A DNA stretch of 64,000 bases, from the IMG/VR virus record IMGVR_UViG_3300048571_000088, positions 124,001 to 188,000 of that record; one strand, 5' to 3'. Below, in pieces: positions 50,930-62,114 of the stretch (positions within the stretch are counted from its first letter, which is position 1; every line of letters starts with the position of its first letter). The position numbers and the translations under genes were made by a program. The notes under the pieces are model-generated. The model was given only the letters and a program-made list of their open reading frames with translations, did no database searches and was not told the origin of the DNA.

Positions 50930-53900
50930 ATGCCAACACCTGATATATTCACTTATGTACCAAACAGTTCAACAACAGCTAATCAAGTTAATCTTTTAGG
51001 TCAAGACTTAGATGTAGCTTTCTCTATACTAGAGACTCTTTTGACTTCTGATGATACTTACAATTCAAGTATAAACAGTTCAATTGGATCTCTAGATACT
51101 AAGTACCTAAAAGATTACTATCCTGATGGAGGTAGTATTAGTTATACTCAGAATCTATTCTTTCCTCTTCACTCGAAAGAAGCTTCTTTAGAATTGTATC
51201 CACTGGCAGACACATCAAGTCTAAACAATATTACGATTAACAACTTAATTGTTCCTGCCACGGTATACACTTATAAGCATGATGGCGTTCTTATTTTAGA
51301 TACAGATTTTTCTATTATAGGTAGAAAAATAATCTTTAAGACTAGGCCAACAGAGCAATTAACAATTACTTATTTAGGCTATAGTGTCATAGATGGTCAA
51401 CTAACACAACCTAATCTGAGACGTAATGTGTACCCACACAGTAGTAGTGTATCTGTAGTATCTAATACTTATACACTAAGCGGAGATTACTTTAGTAAGT
51501 GTAGTGACCAATTAAAGTCAAGAATAAATAACAGTGAGAATATAGATGGGTACGTCAGTGTTTTCCTAGATGACGAAAAGATATTACTCAGTGATGTTGA
51601 AATAACAACTACAAGTCTTAAGTTTCACACTGAGAGTACATTATCTGACTCCAATAGTTTTACTGTGTATCTTGCAAATACTACTTTAGGTGATTTAATA
51701 GAAGGTTTGTATCGTTTAATCTATTCTCATAATCATTCAACTACTGAAGGAGAAGGTATTTCCCATCGAGGTCTATTAGGTTTGTATACTAATACAGATA
51801 CGATCAAATACTCTACAAGCGATAAAGAAAACTATGAGCATCCTCAGTATTTCAATCGAGAAGGTTATATAGCAGACCCTACAGTATATAATAATGCAGT
51901 GCTTGGTGATATCCTAGTAAGTTCAACAGACTCTTCGAATTACTTTAACAACCTCGAGGAAAACTCAAATAAGATTGTTTTTGGTTCTTACACTAACGGC
52001 CATACTTTATATTTTGATAAGAACTTACAAGCTGTTGTACTAGATTCGTCAGAAGATAAGAACGGCCTTAATATTAAGGCTGCCCTAAATAAGACGATAT
52101 TAAGACTGAACAACAACTATATCACCAACAAAAAACTATTAGATAATTCTGTACACCTAGAAGTTATGCTGGAGCAAACAAATAGTACAGGTCAAGGAAT
52201 AATTAAGTTTGTTAAAAGAGTAGTTGACGCTGTTGATTCTTCTATAATTACTGCTACAGACGATGCTAGACTGTATGTAAAGTATATAAATACAAGCAAC
52301 ATAGAAGTAAATTCTAAAATAAACCTAGAATCAAATAGTAAACTAACTTTTGGTACTCCTGAACTGTATGAAGTTTCTGTATCTTCCGTTGATTCCTCTC
52401 TGACCTTTACCAGTTCAACAACTGAGAATACTAACTACAAAGTAAAGTTTACAATACCTACTAAACATGTAAAAGTCGAAGCTGATCTTATTGAATCTCC
52501 TCTTATTAGCCTCAATGGCACCTCTAAGATCAGCTTTGGTACTGACTATACGCAATCAATTGACTATGTGAATAATTACCTTACTGTTACTACACCTAAA
52601 GCTACAAACTACAGAAGTAATGGTTATAGGAGTGGATTGACATTCGATAAGAAATATTGGATGTATTGTTCAACATCTTCAGGCGAGTCTGTATCAGAGT
52701 CAACAGTAGGTAATCAAGACTTGTATGTTGAGTCAGGAGTGAACGGCTCTGTATACTTTATAAACAATACAGACAACGGGTTTACTACTGGAGTTGATGA
52801 CTTAACCTTAAAAGAACGAGCAGATTTGTACTCTAAATCTATGACTCTCTCTAAAATCGTAGTGAACTATAATGCTTCAACAGTGAGTCCAGTCTGCCTA
52901 GATCCGTTTGACAATAATAAAATATTTGCAGGTAAAGACCTGAGTGGAAATATCTCGACCATTTTAAAAACAAATGGTAAAGTAATTATTGCTAATAATT
53001 ATACCCCATCTTCTGTAGGTACTCCTGTTATAGTATATGGAGAATTATTAGCTGGAAGGTTAGCTTGCTCTGGTGATATCAACTCAGATTCTGGTTATTA
53101 TGGTAATGTGTTCATACCAAGTACAAATAAATTAGTTGTGACTGGTACTTCTCTGTTTGATGGTCCTATATCATTTACTAATAAAGTTACAATGACTAGT
53201 GATTTAACTGCAGACACAATACTAGTTAAAGATTTATTGAGTGATGTACTAGAAGTAAAAGAAGATCTTATTACAAAAACTCTAGAAGTTACAGCAGGTA
53301 CTCGTCTACAAACAGTAGAGATTAAAGATTCTTTAGAAGTCTCGAAAGCGATTATTCAGAATAGTTCTACAGCAAATAACGTACTAAACGGAACTTTAAA
53401 AGTAGTAGGGAAGACGTATTTACTGCAAGATTTAGATCTTAATAACTCTGTCATTACAGGTGTTATAAATAGTGCAGTTCCTGCTGTAGATGAAGCTGTA
53501 AGTTATGCTCTGCTAAAATACGAACAAAGTATCCTAGAAGAAAGTTTACTAACTGCAATTGATACTAAAGTTGACGCCGCAATTAATAGTATCCTATCGC
53601 TAGCGTGGCCTTTAGGTTCTGTATACATGAATGAAACATCAATTCAAAATCCTTCTGCTAGTAATATGATGAATTTTGGTGTGTGGAATAGAAGTTACGA
53701 AGGAAGATCACCTATGGGTGTAATCGAAAACACTTATATCCTTTCAACAATTACAGACGAAGATGTTAAAGCAGGTTTGCAACAATCAATTGGCTCACTA
53801 TTTGGAGAATACGTAGTATCACTTATCGGGGAGAATAATGGACCGCATACTCACCAAGGCACTGCATTTGGCTCTACTTCTGCCGAGTATAAAGGAGGCC

Positions 53901-54031
53901 GAGGAGGATACTGGAATCATGACAGTTTAGATCACCCTGGTTCCCCCACTACTGGACTATCAGGAGAAGGTGTACCTCACTTAAACGTGCACCCAGTTAA
54001 ATTAACATCAATATGGACAAGGATGGGATAA
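50930..54031 (+). CDS. Tail fibre/baseplate protein with C-terminal T4 gp10-like/collar domain
   Basis: HNH and HPQY motifs, beta-helix-like repeats, C-terminal AWPLGSVYMN...NP...FGVW...GE..VSL...N.PHTH...PHLNVHP...IWTR. Confidence 0.72.
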   Translation: MPTPDIFTYVPNSSTTANQVNLLGQDLDVAFSILETLLTSDDTYNSSINSSIGSLDTKYLKDYYPDGGSISYTQNLFFPLHSKEASLELYPLADTSSLNNITINNLIVPATVYTYKHDGVLILDTDFSIIGRKIIFKTRPTEQLTITYLGYSVIDGQLTQPNLRRNVYPHSSSVSVVSNTYTLSGDYFSKCSDQLKSRINNSENIDGYVSVFLDDEKILLSDVEITTTSLKFHTESTLSDSNSFTVYLANTTLGDLIEGLYRLIYSHNHSTTEGEGISHRGLLGLYTNTDTIKYSTSDKENYEHPQYFNREGYIADPTVYNNAVLGDILVSSTDSSNYFNNLEENSNKIVFGSYTNGHTLYFDKNLQAVVLDSSEDKNGLNIKAALNKTILRLNNNYITNKKLLDNSVHLEVMLEQTNSTGQGIIKFVKRVVDAVDSSIITATDDARLYVKYINTSNIEVNSKINLESNSKLTFGTPELYEVSVSSVDSSLTFTSSTTENTNYKVKFTIPTKHVKVEADLIESPLISLNGTSKISFGTDYTQSIDYVNNYLTVTTPKATNYRSNGYRSGLTFDKKYWMYCSTSSGESVSESTVGNQDLYVESGVNGSVYFINNTDNGFTTGVDDLTLKERADLYSKSMTLSKIVVNYNASTVSPVCLDPFDNNKIFAGKDLSGNISTILKTNGKVIIANNYTPSSVGTPVIVYGELLAGRLACSGDINSDSGYYGNVFIPSTNKLVVTGTSLFDGPISFTNKVTMTSDLTADTILVKDLLSDVLEVKEDLITKTLEVTAGTRLQTVEIKDSLEVSKAIIQNSSTANNVLNGTLKVVGKTYLLQDLDLNNSVITGVINSAVPAVDEAVSYALLKYEQSILEESLLTAIDTKVDAAINSILSLAWPLGSVYMNETSIQNPSASNMMNFGVWNRSYEGRSPMGVIENTYILSTITDEDVKAGLQQSIGSLFGEYVVSLIGENNGPHTHQGTAFGSTSAEYKGGRGGYWNHDSLDHPGSPTTGLSGEGVPHLNVHPVKLTSIWTRMG

Positions 54032-55221
54032 TGGCAACACGTAAGACGTACTCATTCCCTATTTACAAACTATTAGCTACAAGTCAATTGAAAATATCTG
54101 AGCCTAATAACTCAGATATTTTCATTAAGTCAGAGAATAACTACAGTATTGAATATAATAGTAAATATGAATTCTCTGCTAACTGTAAAGACATCTCTAC
54201 ATCTAATGCTAAGTTGATTCTAACAACAAATACATTAGGTATTCTATTAACTGATAAATACAGTAGCGACTTAGTTCCTTTGTATTACAAAGTAAAAAGT
54301 AAAGAGATAGATAAAATTCAACATCTAATAGGATCTGATTTCCTAGTCGAAGATGACTATATCTATCATAATATACGCGACAAGTTAATCGACACTATGT
54401 ATAGTTACCCAGTCTTAGATCTAAGCCTAGAGAGAGTTAGACAAACAGAAGGGATAAAAATAAAAAGATTAAAAAGTAACTTTAAAGTTACAATTAATTC
54501 AGCAGGAAGAAAATACTCTATAAAGTTAAAATCTTCAAACGTATATAATCTTGAAGTATATAAAGATGTGTTAGAACTAAGTGAAAATATTTATCTTCCG
54601 TTGACTACTTTCACACTAACCACAAAAGAAGAAGTAATCGAGAGTTTTCTAGATTATAACTCCCTATCTGAAATTCCTTTCTCTGTGTCTGATGAAGTAG
54701 AGAAGCAACCATACTCAGACTACTTAGATAGATACTCATATCAAATCTGTGAGAGTAATTTGAAATTCTCCACTATCAATACTGCAACGTACATGTATTT
54801 AACTTCTTCTGGATACTTACTTACACCTGTAAAGCAAGATTCACTAGATTGGATATGTACAATCACTAGAGCACCTAAAGTAACAGAAAAGTATTTAAAT
54901 CCTTATAAAGATAATATTAAAACTTCTCTTAATTTAAATAAGTATAATATCACTTCTAGTATTATATCATTCAATGAGACTCCGTATAACAAGTTAAACT
55001 ACATGCTAAACGAATCTGATTTACTCTTAGGCAGAGTTCCTTATTTGAGTACAGAAACCTCTGTCACTTACATATCAAATAAGTTAAAAGATTACGACAC
55101 TATTCCTATTACCGCCAGCTTAAACTCTGATACACTTTCTTTAATTTCATACTTGAATATAGAGAAAACAACACCAAGAATCACAGACGAGTATTATAAT
55201 TACGAAGAGGTGCCTACATGA
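54031..55221 (+). CDS. Hypothetical tail/baseplate protein
   Basis: TAATG coupling to the upstream gene. Confidence 0.55.
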   Translation: MATRKTYSFPIYKLLATSQLKISEPNNSDIFIKSENNYSIEYNSKYEFSANCKDISTSNAKLILTTNTLGILLTDKYSSDLVPLYYKVKSKEIDKIQHLIGSDFLVEDDYIYHNIRDKLIDTMYSYPVLDLSLERVRQTEGIKIKRLKSNFKVTINSAGRKYSIKLKSSNVYNLEVYKDVLELSENIYLPLTTFTLTTKEEVIESFLDYNSLSEIPFSVSDEVEKQPYSDYLDRYSYQICESNLKFSTINTATYMYLTSSGYLLTPVKQDSLDWICTITRAPKVTEKYLNPYKDNIKTSLNLNKYNITSSIISFNETPYNKLNYMLNESDLLLGRVPYLSTETSVTYISNKLKDYDTIPITASLNSDTLSLISYLNIEKTTPRITDEYYNYEEVPT

Positions 55222-56429
55222 GCGCTATTAAAGAGTATCTAAATCAGTTTCAAGATCTTCTAGTAGGAATTAATCTTAAAGAGGAAGATCTCCCGTTAAA
55301 ATATATTAAAGAAGAATTGGACTTACTAGAGAAAATTGTAGATAATGTAGCTACTAAAATAAACACACAAGATAATACAGTAACAAAAGCTACAGAAGAA
55401 TTACATAGTTTGTACTTAACTACTCTGGAATCATTAAGTAATAAAGTCGAGTATATAAGAGACACAGCAGAAGCATTTTCTAAATTAAATATAACGTATG
55501 ATAGGAATAGCTTACTAGATTACAAAGTATTTAATTTACTACAGTCAGACACATGTGTTTATGATTATGAAAGTCAAGGTTATACACTCAGAAAAAACCC
55601 TGTGACGAGTAAGGCAACACATGACTCTACAGCAGTAGATAGAGTGGTATACAATACTAACAGTAGTTTACACGATAGTATTCAACTTAAACTTCCTGAA
55701 GCATATATCTATAACTCTGTAAGTGTCTCTGTACTAGGTGTTGACGGAGTAGTAAGAAACTACTACAAAGATCTAAGTACAATACCTGATAAAACTTCAA
55801 TTACTTTTACTCATGACGAGATAATTTCATCTACTTCGTTAGTTGTTAGCTTAGGGCACATATCCCCTGATGACTATACAGAACAAGAAAAATTAAACAT
55901 GAATAATCAAGTAACTGTAGAACTTTGCCTCAGTAACTATTTACAGCATGGAAAAATAGAAGTCGATCCTGTTGAGCTATTAAGTGCTAAGTACTTGTCT
56001 TTTAATCAAACACTTACGTTAGGTGCTAACACATATTTAAATTATAATTTAAATATTAATGGAATTTCTTTTACTATTCCGGTAGGTAGTTCATACGTAT
56101 GTAAACGATTAGATATGGTAAATTTTAAAGAAGTTGATAAGATTGTTAAGTTATATATCGGAGATCAATACACAGAAGAAGACCTGACAGAAACTTCCTT
56201 GAAAGAAGTCGAAGAGAAGAACAGTAAATATATAGTATATATACCTAAAATTAAACAGAATATCATACTAAATAAGATTTTAAAAACGCTAGGAGGGACA
56301 TCGTTTGCTCTGGTAAATCATAATCTTTCAAAATATATTGAAATAGAATTAAATATAGAGATGTATTCATTTGATAAGAATAACACACCACTTTTAAAAA
56401 ATATTATAGGGTTTACAAAGAATGAATAA
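55218..56429 (+). CDS. Virion structural protein (coiled coil plus beta domain)
   Basis: ATGA overlap; C-terminus NNTPLLKNI shared in type with the gene at 60593. Confidence 0.55.
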   Translation: MSAIKEYLNQFQDLLVGINLKEEDLPLKYIKEELDLLEKIVDNVATKINTQDNTVTKATEELHSLYLTTLESLSNKVEYIRDTAEAFSKLNITYDRNSLLDYKVFNLLQSDTCVYDYESQGYTLRKNPVTSKATHDSTAVDRVVYNTNSSLHDSIQLKLPEAYIYNSVSVSVLGVDGVVRNYYKDLSTIPDKTSITFTHDEIISSTSLVVSLGHISPDDYTEQEKLNMNNQVTVELCLSNYLQHGKIEVDPVELLSAKYLSFNQTLTLGANTYLNYNLNINGISFTIPVGSSYVCKRLDMVNFKEVDKIVKLYIGDQYTEEDLTETSLKEVEEKNSKYIVYIPKIKQNIILNKILKTLGGTSFALVNHNLSKYIEIELNIEMYSFDKNNTPLLKNIIGFTKNE

Positions 56430-58545
56430 GTACACTACGAGAGTAGTATCTGATGTTAAAGAAGAACTAGTAGCTACTGTTAATCAAGCAACGACTAAAT
56501 CAAATGATACGAGTGTAAAACTATTTAATACGTTAAACACTGTAGAAGAGAAGACTAACACATTTTTGAAGAGACTGACTGTGGTGTCAGATATGTTGTT
56601 AGATTTAAAGACAATTACAGGTGATGTTAAGAATCAAATTAATATTATCAGTTCAGGAGCTGTTTTACAAAAAACAGATATAGAGGTTAGTAGTAATGCA
56701 ATAGAGGTATCTAAGGACACTCAAACGGAAATTCCATTCAACCATGAAAAAAGTGTTATACGTTCCATTCTTCCATTCTATCTTAAAGATCAATCAGGTG
56801 TCCAGATATCTCAACGAGAAGTTTTTAAGTTCAATAAAAACTTCTCGATATCCTTCTCAAGGGTAGGGTACTCATTTTCAGTGGTTTTGGTATACCCTTA
56901 TAAGGTATTTCTGAATTCGCTACTTTTAGATTTTCTTAATACCTATGAAGGGAATTTACCTGTACTGTCCTCACTCAAGTATTTAAACGAAGATGGAAAG
57001 GAAGTTCAAGTGTTAGTAAACAACTTAAAAAGTATTGATCTCAATGATAAGTTAAGATTAGATAATAACTATAACTTAACTTTTGAGACAGTATACACTG
57101 ATCAACTTACGATTGAATTTTCTAATAAATCTCATAATTCTTTAAGTATAACAAGTATTAAGAGCTATTTAAATACTTATAAATCTAATGGAGAAATCAT
57201 ATACGGTCCATTCAGTACTAAAAGTAGTATACTCAAAGCTTCAATTAGCAGTTCAAGTATTAGTGATCAAACGGAAATAAGTGTAAGTCACGATATGTCT
57301 TCTTGGATTAAAATGGATACAACTACATCACTCAATCTTTCGCAAGATAAGACAAAGGTAGTTTCATTTAACACTATAAATGATCGCTCATTTAAAACAG
57401 AGGAAGACGTTAAAAAACTCTATGTAAAGATTTCAATCAATCCTTTACAAGATACATCACTAAATACTGCATACAAGACGGTCAAGGAATCAAACCTAAG
57501 TCGTACTCCATCTACTCTACCTAAAGATAAATACACGATATACGAAAAAAGGGAAAGAAGTAGATCTTATGGTGTACAAACCAATCTAGTTGCGTCTCTA
57601 GACTTAGTACCAACAGAAAGTATAGACTCTTTAGGATATCGTAATCAACTATATTCAATAGGTTTCGTAGACACACCTTTTTCATGTTCAGTAGCTAATA
57701 AAGAACAACGAGCTTATAAGTATGTAAACAAACTACTTAAAGTAGATTCTGGTATTATTGATGCAACTTATATTGACCCTAAAGAATTCAATATCTACGA
57801 TATGCAAATCTTAGAAGTTAAAGACACTTATAGAAATAACTCCAGTCAAAATCTATGTATTAAATCTAATGTGCCAGAAGGGATGTATAAGATAGTAGTA
57901 GGTTCAAAGACACTGTCACTAGACTTAACATCAGGCTATATTAACAATAGTTTAAATCTTGTCGTTTCCGTCCCTTACTCAGATGTAAAAATACTGAACG
58001 AAATAAATGAAGTAGTGTTTAATATTCAAAAAGAATCACTTAACAAGTACACAGAGGACGAAGTAGACTACTACTATTTAGATTTGTCTAATTATCTATT
58101 TCATACAATAGTAATATCAGGAATGAAACATAGTGTCTTGTACCCTTCGCTCCCACTAAATACCGATGAGTTTTCCTTACTAAACGGTTCTTTAGTTTTC
58201 AGTGATAGTAATGAGTATGAAGTAGATATCTTCCAGTTAGCAAAAAAAGAAGTAGTCTATACAACACATCTTAGCTACTTAAATGGAAATTACCTAAAAA
58301 GAGAAGAAGACGATAGTACTACTTATAATTTTACAGTAGTAAAAGATAGTAGGAGCATAATAAAACTAAATCATGTATTAATTAAAAACGGATCAGTAGT
58401 AATTACAAACGTAGCAACAGAAGACACTGAGCAGTACACACCACAACTAACTCCAGCCGTATCTTATCTAAATCTAGGACAGGATCAAGAACTGGTATAT
58501 TTAAGTACAGATACAGACAACCCTGAAATTTATTTAGAGATCTAA
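56422..58545 (+). CDS. Virion structural protein (coiled coil plus beta domains)
   Basis: 707-aa overlapping ORF within the tail operon. Confidence 0.55.
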   Translation: MNKYTTRVVSDVKEELVATVNQATTKSNDTSVKLFNTLNTVEEKTNTFLKRLTVVSDMLLDLKTITGDVKNQINIISSGAVLQKTDIEVSSNAIEVSKDTQTEIPFNHEKSVIRSILPFYLKDQSGVQISQREVFKFNKNFSISFSRVGYSFSVVLVYPYKVFLNSLLLDFLNTYEGNLPVLSSLKYLNEDGKEVQVLVNNLKSIDLNDKLRLDNNYNLTFETVYTDQLTIEFSNKSHNSLSITSIKSYLNTYKSNGEIIYGPFSTKSSILKASISSSSISDQTEISVSHDMSSWIKMDTTTSLNLSQDKTKVVSFNTINDRSFKTEEDVKKLYVKISINPLQDTSLNTAYKTVKESNLSRTPSTLPKDKYTIYEKRERSRSYGVQTNLVASLDLVPTESIDSLGYRNQLYSIGFVDTPFSCSVANKEQRAYKYVNKLLKVDSGIIDATYIDPKEFNIYDMQILEVKDTYRNNSSQNLCIKSNVPEGMYKIVVGSKTLSLDLTSGYINNSLNLVVSVPYSDVKILNEINEVVFNIQKESLNKYTEDEVDYYYLDLSNYLFHTIVISGMKHSVLYPSLPLNTDEFSLLNGSLVFSDSNEYEVDIFQLAKKEVVYTTHLSYLNGNYLKREEDDSTTYNFTVVKDSRSIIKLNHVLIKNGSVVITNVATEDTEQYTPQLTPAVSYLNLGQDQELVYLSTDTDNPEIYLEI

Positions 58546-58546
58546 T

Positions 58547-60010
58547 ATGACAGAAATAACAAACTTACTAGGCAAGCAAATTAAAGATTTGCAGCTTACT
58601 CCTTCTTTGACTTCAGCTACTGCAATACCAATTCAAAAAGGGTCGGTGACAACTGAAAAGACAACTATGCAAGGGATTGAAAACTATCTTTTAATTCCTG
58701 AAAAGATTGAAAATGCTGTAGAGTCACATACAAACAGTGTTGATCCGCATGGAGACAGAGTATACAGTACTACACAACTTAATAATCACAAACTAGAAGT
58801 TGATCCTCACGGTCATAAAGCATATGCAGATAATAGTGTATTAGTACATAGTCAATCTACAGATCCTCATGGAGACAGATCGTATGTTAATTCAGCATTT
58901 AGTGCTCATAATTCACAAGCAGACCCACACAACCATAAGAACTACACAGAAGTATCTATAACAACACACAACCTAGATGAAGACTCCCACAATATTGATC
59001 AAAGAATAGATACAAAAATAGAAGCAAAAGAAGGCGTAGAAAGAGGTTTTGCTCCTCTTGATAGCTCTTTACTTGTTCCTTCCATGTATTTACCAACTCA
59101 AATAGATAAAGTTTCCTTTGTTTACTCTCTACCTATCCTAGGAAGCCCTAGTAAAATATATATAAACTATGCAGATGATAATATATATTACTGGTCAGGT
59201 ACTATGTATAAAAAACTAGCTAGTATCAATATAGGCGGAGTTACACTCACTACTGATCAAGTTACTGAATCTACAAGCAACTTAAATAAACGTTATTTCA
59301 CGGAGTCTAGAGAAAATATTCTCACTAACTTAATAGGTACTAAAGTAACAAGTGGAATATCACTAGGAGGAGCAAATGCTGTTTTTAAAGATAAGACAGG
59401 AAGTACACTTAACTTTAAAACTATAGAGGCTGGAGATGGGATAGAAATAACAGCATCAACAAATAAACTAGTAATAAGTAAGATTGCAGATTCAGTAATA
59501 GAAGATGTTCCTATTGATTTTTCACTCCAAACTAGAACATACTCAGGAGAATTAACAAAACAATTAACTACTGATGGACTAGAATTAGATACAGCTACAT
59601 ACTCTAATACTTTAAGTTACCCAACTAATGGACTAACACAATATTCTGGAAGACTAATAGTAACTAAGATTAAACAAGGAAGTGGAACATTAGAGCAAGT
59701 AGGAAAGTACAATAAGATAGAAGAGATTAAAACATGGAAGGTTGACTTATTAATTAAGTCAGTTACAGAATGGGCAGGAGTTGGATCTACAACTGAAAGT
59801 GCAACTATTGAAGTTCAGAGTATGATAGATGATATGCCAGCAGGAGCAGGATCAAGTTACACTGTAAGTTATTCTTTAGATCAGACTTCAAAAGCACTAA
59901 TCATAAATTGTACGACAGTTTCTGAATTAAACTACGTATACCTATGGAAGGCAACTTTTAAGAAAACTTATCTAGAATATCCAATCGAAGGAACAATTGT
60001 ACATGTCTAA
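58547..60010 (+). CDS. Tail fibre protein with His-rich DPH repeats
   Basis: Repeats of H-x4-DPH, GFAPLDSSLLVPSMYLP and LNFKTIEAGDGIEIT, all fibre-type motifs. Confidence 0.72.
   Translation: MTEITNLLGKQIKDLQLTPSLTSATAIPIQKGSVTTEKTTMQGIENYLLIPEKIENAVESHTNSVDPHGDRVYSTTQLNNHKLEVDPHGHKAYADNSVLVHSQSTDPHGDRSYVNSAFSAHNSQADPHNHKNYTEVSITTHNLDEDSHNIDQRIDTKIEAKEGVERGFAPLDSSLLVPSMYLPTQIDKVSFVYSLPILGSPSKIYINYADDNIYYWSGTMYKKLASINIGGVTLTTDQVTESTSNLNKRYFTESRENILTNLIGTKVTSGISLGGANAVFKDKTGSTLNFKTIEAGDGIEITASTNKLVISKIADSVIEDVPIDFSLQTRTYSGELTKQLTTDGLELDTATYSNTLSYPTNGLTQYSGRLIVTKIKQGSGTLEQVGKYNKIEEIKTWKVDLLIKSVTEWAGVGSTTESATIEVQSMIDDMPAGAGSSYTVSYSLDQTSKALIINCTTVSELNYVYLWKATFKKTYLEYPIEGTIVHV
58727..58990 (+). 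repeat. Five 18-aa (~54-nt) tandem repeats: H-x4-DPHG[DH][RK]xY
   Basis: HTNSVDPHGDRVY / HKLEVDPHGHKAY / HSQSTDPHGDRSY / HNSQADPHNHKNY / HNLDEDSH. Confidence 0.8.
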
Positions 60011-60596
60011 CTATAAAGAAGTATTATTTATAGATGGAAATAAAGAATTTAATTTAAATGAGGTGGTGAGTGAATTACTACCTCAAAATTCTTATATATT
60101 TCCCTTAAAAGAAAGACCAACAGAAGACACAATATTATTCTCAGGTAGTACCACACTCTTTAAAAAACAAGTATACAAAGAGGAAGATCTAAGTACAGTA
60201 GGTAACTATCTAATAGAGAGAGTAGGATCAACTTGGAGAGTACGTGTTGATAGGGCTTATAAAACTTCTAGTACCACATTTACATACATAACATATACAA
60301 GTAAATATGAGACTAAAGTAAATGGATTGTATTCCGTAGACTACAAGAAAGGAATCATGTATACATCTTCACCGATAAAGAATGTAAAAATAAGTTATAA
60401 ACATTCTATACAATACTATGAAGGTAAAGGTATGTACCAGTTGTCTCCAAAATCGTACTCAGATACAGAAACTCCAGTAACAAACAATGAACTTTTCCAT
60501 GTGTATCAAACACAAGATGAAAGTATAAGTACAAGTACAAATGAACGAGTAGAAAATCCAATACTCAATTTAATTACACTAGAAGATAATATATGA
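60003..60596 (+). CDS. Hypothetical tail protein
   Basis: GLYSVDYKKGIMY motif; overlaps both neighbours. Confidence 0.55.
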   Translation: MSNYKEVLFIDGNKEFNLNEVVSELLPQNSYIFPLKERPTEDTILFSGSTTLFKKQVYKEEDLSTVGNYLIERVGSTWRVRVDRAYKTSSTTFTYITYTSKYETKVNGLYSVDYKKGIMYTSSPIKNVKISYKHSIQYYEGKGMYQLSPKSYSDTETPVTNNELFHVYQTQDESISTSTNERVENPILNLITLEDNI

Positions 60597-62113
60597 TATA
60601 TAGAGATATATTTTTAAAAGGGTTATACGAAGAGAATCAGAATATCTATAGTAAATACTATTTAGAGAATTTATTAAATAATCAGTATAATAAGATAGAA
60701 AAGAGTAGAGCAGATAATAGAGAAAATATAGAGAAATTAACTAATATATTAACTAATATAGATTATGATTTGTATAAACTTAACAATAAACTAAAAGATG
60801 CTTTAGATGTATTAAAAAAGAGTATAGTAGGAGAGAGGAATTTTATAGGTTATATATACAGTACAAATATACCTTTAAATAAAAGTTTTATAAGTGATGT
60901 TACTACAGCTACTGTACAGAGTAATATCGTATACGGAGCAACAATAGAAAAGGAAATTAAAGAACTCACATACTTAACATATAAAGATATAAGTAGTGAA
61001 ACACTAAACATAGTTCCTAATACGCACAGTTTAGCTACTTTAAAAGATTTTAATATCTATAGTAAAGACAATAAACAGATACATGAACTATCATTTAATG
61101 TAGAAAAGTTTCTTAAGACTTCATTTATACTTGAGTTCAAAGATCATCAACTAATTGAAATTCTTATTGATGATACATTAACAATAGAAAAAAGCTTAAG
61201 AAAAAGTATACTACTACCTATAAATAATAAGTCACTAATAGTCAGAATACATAGTATCAAATCGACTAATCAGACTGTACATATTAAAAAAATAGGAGTA
61301 AGTAATAAAGTATACGAGTCTACAACTGTATACGAAAGTTCACCTATACAGATAAACAAGGAACTGGAATACATCAATCTTGAGATATGTGATAACACAT
61401 CTAAGAATGTCGATATACAGTACGAAATAAAAATTAATAACGGAAATTATGAATTATTCGAGTCAAACAAAAATAATTTAAAAACATATCAAAACGTAAT
61501 TAAATTAAATAAAAGTTCAACACTAGAGACACTTGAAGTCGAGGGACTTAAAGAAAATGAAGACGCATATAAATTCTATATACCTGTAACAGGAGAATCT
61601 AATTCATATACTGTAGATGTACGTTTAAAGAATAATCTAATAAAACGTAATAAAGAATTATTTATAGTTGCATTAGAAGATACAAACATAGTTATAAATA
61701 ATATAAAAGGGAATTCTATGAACAGAGTATTCATAGATAATAAAGAAATAACCACACAAACTGAAATAATCCCTAAAGGAATACGAAGTGTTGTAGTATT
61801 AGATGGAACAGGATCTAATGTAATTGAAATCACTGAAGATGCTTACACCTATTTAAATACAATCTTTAAAACAATCTATATTAGTAGTTTAAAGAAACAA
61901 GTATTTAAAGACTCCAAAGGAAGTTTTATAGTATTAACTAACACAGAGTTAAAAGAAAGTTTTAACTTACTAAGTAAAGATAAATTTTATGCATACTTTA
62001 ACAGTAATAAACACACATTAAGAGTACAAAATATTCAAGTAAAAGCTACTATGAAATCTTTAGATAAAAGTACTTGCCCATACATAAGCAAAATAATAGT
62101 AAAAGGAATGTAA
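60593..62113 (+). CDS. Virion structural protein (very AT-rich)
   Basis: 506-aa ORF; architecture like the gene at 55218. Confidence 0.55.
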   Translation: MIYRDIFLKGLYEENQNIYSKYYLENLLNNQYNKIEKSRADNRENIEKLTNILTNIDYDLYKLNNKLKDALDVLKKSIVGERNFIGYIYSTNIPLNKSFISDVTTATVQSNIVYGATIEKEIKELTYLTYKDISSETLNIVPNTHSLATLKDFNIYSKDNKQIHELSFNVEKFLKTSFILEFKDHQLIEILIDDTLTIEKSLRKSILLPINNKSLIVRIHSIKSTNQTVHIKKIGVSNKVYESTTVYESSPIQINKELEYINLEICDNTSKNVDIQYEIKINNGNYELFESNKNNLKTYQNVIKLNKSSTLETLEVEGLKENEDAYKFYIPVTGESNSYTVDVRLKNNLIKRNKELFIVALEDTNIVINNIKGNSMNRVFIDNKEITTQTEIIPKGIRSVVVLDGTGSNVIEITEDAYTYLNTIFKTIYISSLKKQVFKDSKGSFIVLTNTELKESFNLLSKDKFYAYFNSNKHTLRVQNIQVKATMKSLDKSTCPYISKIIVKGM

Positions 62114-62114
62114 C

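Noticed and set aside
228-61833. Short minus-strand and nested alternate-frame ORFs in the track
   Set aside because: They are shadows of long plus-strand genes with no motifs or RBS support.
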